64,000 bases of DNA from Vitrella brassicaformis CCMP3155 (lineage: Eukaryota > Protista > Chromerida), in assembly GCA_001179505.1 (NCBI GenBank), contig CDMY01000254.1, positions 62,001-126,000 on the forward strand. The letters run 5' to 3'. Each line of letters starts with the position of its first letter. Position 1 is the first letter of the stretch. The notes under the pieces are model-generated. The model was not told where the DNA came from. It ran no database searches and saw only the letters and a list, made by a program, of their open reading frames with translations. Below are positions 61,201-64,000 of this stretch, in pieces. Both the position numbers and the translations under genes were made by a program.

Positions 61201-63877
61201 CAAGTACGTGCTGGAGCCGACGAGCGACTCGCTGACGGGGTATCAATTCACCCATGCTGCGTATCCGCTCGACACTGACAAGCTCGGAGACCCTCTCATA
61301 CTGCAGGTGGGTAGGAGCGGGAGAGGATGAAAGGCCGGACTCACAGTTGCACTGTGGTGATGCAGGTGACTCATACGAAAGTGTGGGGCTCGATCAGCAT
61401 CACCTCTGACAAATCGAGAGGCCTTCCATCTGAGGTTCAAATCGCAGTAGAGGATGACAAAGGCAATGTTATTGATCATATTGCAGCCCGTGCGAGCCGA
61501 GCAGACGACCAGCCATCCACTTACAGCTTTGAGTACCTGACTCCCTCTTTGGGCGACGGCATCGTTTCAGCTCTCTTGCGCCCTCTCGCTCCTTCGTCGT
61601 TCCCTTCGTTGCTGTTCTATCCGTCGACTGTCCCGCTGGTTCAGGAGGGAGGTGCAGCGGCCAAGGGCGGGCTTGTCATTCGTGCAAAGCCCGGCAAGAA
61701 TATCAGAGGACGCATTGAGCCACCCGTGGAAGGTATTATGCATGCGGCGACAAACAGATGCAGCATTCTTCGCACATCCATCTGTTGCTGTCTGAATGCA
61801 GGTGTGCGTATTGAGGTGCGGCAGGTGTCTGATGGGTCCACCAAAGGTGACGTGACCGTGTACAAGACGGATAGCACCGGCAAGTATGAGACAGGGCCCG
61901 TCTACGATGACAGCGACGCGGACAGGAAGGAGAGGGGACGGGTGCGCTATGAGATCGTGCCCTCACTTGATGGGTACTTCTTCGAACCTCTGCCGAACAG
62001 CCCACATGACTTCAAAGCAAGCAGGTATGACACATCAGACGCAGGCAAAGTAGCGATCCAGAAAGGCTGCATCTGTTTTTCGTCTCATGTCCAGGTATTC
62101 CAGCATCGAGGTGACAGTCATGCATCACTACAGCGAGCCCCCCTCCTCCGAACCACTGCCTGGTGTCCTAGTCTCACTCTCATCCTCAACACATCCAAAC
62201 TTCAGGGCGAAGAAACTGACACGTACACGTGCAAGCATTCGTCGCTGGTCTTCGCAGCACAGGCCTTGTGTGTGTTATCAGGTCCTGATGGTACACTGGT
62301 CTTCGGTCAGCTGATACCCGGGGTGTACTACCTCCGTCCGCTGCTGAAAGAGTACGAATTTGATCCGCCCCAAGTGAGCTTGACTTTGTCACAAGGAGAG
62401 CAGCAGCAGCTGCAGCTTAAGGCGACCAGAGTCGCGTACTCATGTGCTGGTACGAGAATGCACAGACAGTCAGAAACAGTCTGTCAAACACGTGGGGTGT
62501 GGCTTTCAGGGAAGCTGAAGACACTTGCTGGTTCATCTGAGGGGCTGGGGGCCCTGGTGGTGCAGGTCAGCGCTGCGCCAGTCCCTCGATCCAACAAAAC
62601 TGCATCAAGTAGCGTTGTTTTGTCGTGTGTATTGCAGGCCCATTCATCCGGCGGTCAAGTGGAGGAGTGTGAAGTGTCGGCGACGGGTGACTACATCCTG
62701 CGCGGTCTTCAGCCCCACAACACGTACTCACTCACCGTCAAGTCGAACAGGCCGTCGACAGAGGAGGGCGCGGCAGCCAATGTATCCTCTGTGAGGTACG
62801 AAAGGGCGTCCCCGGTTAGGCGGGAGGTGGCGCTGGAGCGTCGGGATGCGCACAGCATCGACTTCTATATCTTTCCTGCGAGCACATTGATTGTCGTCTC
62901 GGGTGAGGAGAACAGCGGAGAGAAAAGATAGAGTGGAGTGTAAGCTTTGTCGACGTAGTGCTTGTCAATGGAAATGCAGGTGATGTCATTGATTTTGTCA
63001 TGACACCCAGCGGCCACCCTTCTGTCCCCTCTCAGCTGTCGGCAAAGAGCAAGATGCCTATCAGGACTGGGACCTCAACGCTGACGGAAGCTGAGGTCAT
63101 TTTATCGAGGGTAGACAAGGGGGAGGAGGACACGGAGACAGTTGAAGGTGCGTATACCAGGATGGGAGGGTGCATGAAAGGGTCCTCACAACGTCCCTGT
63201 GTGATTGCCCAGAGTTGGCTCGCCGGTCGATGTCTGCTCTCGGCTACTTCGAGTTTCCCGGGGTGGAGCCAGGCGTGTACAACGTCACCTTGCTCACACA
63301 AACGAATAACAAAGCACAAGTAAATAACTACAGAAGAACCATGTGCGCATCAGTATGCATGGTTTCATTTCAGGTGGTGTTCCAGAAGAGGCTCAACCTG
63401 ACATCTGCCCAGACAGCGCAGATCACTAACCTCTCCCCTTCTGCAATGGACGTCAACCAGTCGGCACCTCTTGTCCTTCCTGGACTCCTGATCTCATCTG
63501 GCAGCACTGCGAGAGAAAACGCCGCGTCCATGAGCGCGATAGCGAGCGCGGAAGAGGCTATCGCGGTTGCTAGCGACAGCGAGTGCCTCTTGAGAGTGAC
63601 GAGAGATTCTCGGTATCATCTCCACATCTTTTCATCATCCCTCCCGGCCTTCCCTCCGGCTTCCCACAAAGGCGCGACTTCGCCACTGATGGTCATTGTG
63701 GTGGTCGTCGCGCTCGTTGTAGGCCTTATCAGGCAGTCAGGCGTCACCTTGCAGCATCCATCAATCAAAAGATTGCAGGAGGGCATTTCGACGAGGTTTC
63801 CAGCCACCTGGCTGAGAATCAAGAGCATTGTGGAGAGTGGTACTCTTGTGATGTCGCGAAGTAGAGAACACTGCTAG
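58279..63877 (+). CDS. NOMO: Nodal modulator (NOMO)-like ER membrane protein with beta-sandwich repeats and a C-terminal TM
   Basis: Signal peptide MTTCFPPLGILLLLMLLL. DLIGCEGHI, CTPNG|YYFLPI, IEGPAGWTFQP, DINFVFAGFTLRGQV, YYEFANVFPG, YYLRPLLKEYEFDP and YILRGLQPHNTY; TM PLMVIVVVVALVVGLI. Confidence 0.88.
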
Positions 63878-64000
63878 GGATAAGGCAGAGAAAACGAAGT
63901 AGACATGCACTCCGGAGCATGTCTCATTGGTTTGTATACGTGTGTGCATGCACTGGCGAAGGCGTGAGTCTATAAGTCATGTGTCTTTGACATGTAGCAA

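Noticed and set aside
1-64000. Most long ORFs in the supplied track on the strand opposite recognised genes; also looked for tRNA, rRNA and CRISPR
   Set aside because: Antisense shadows of GC-rich exons or intron read-through. No RNA gene or CRISPR array was recognisable by eye; tRNAscan/Infernal would be needed to exclude small ncRNAs.

Overview
Intron-rich, gene-dense eukaryotic DNA with short GT-AG introns that often end in (GT)n/(GACA)n...CAG. The apicomplexan-type PNP and PRPS, the bipartite plastid-targeting leaders and the intron style suggest a photosynthetic alveolate (chromerid, Vitrella-like); this is inferred, not proven. I reconstructed about 23 spliced genes by hand, so exon boundaries are approximate. 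Housekeeping genes include Rab escort protein, sideroflexin, PNP, a ZIP transporter, a DEAD-box helicase, signal peptide peptidase, PRPP synthetase, a Myb protein, an S1 protein and NOMO. The most unusual feature is the density of glycan-modifying genes: nine glycosyltransferase-like genes (3x GT77, 2x GT47/exostosin, GT10, GT90, GT8, one O-FucT-like), one GT77 relic and two SAM-methyltransferase modules. One of those modules is spliced in frame to a GT77 domain, giving a signal-anchor/unknown domain/MTase/GT77 fusion (20484-23685). Other highlights: a mitochondrion-targeted bacterial-type ADP-forming acyl-CoA synthetase-GNAT fusion that keeps the catalytic His; two 5'-truncated copies of a CRE-like retroelement sharing an identical 108 bp, each with a 13-bp TSD and no poly(A); an O-FucT-like gene with a TAG inside its GTxxSTFS motif; and a mitochondrial RlmL/THUMP-like protein with eroded catalytic motifs. 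There are two 300-N assembly gaps at 45-46.5 kb.
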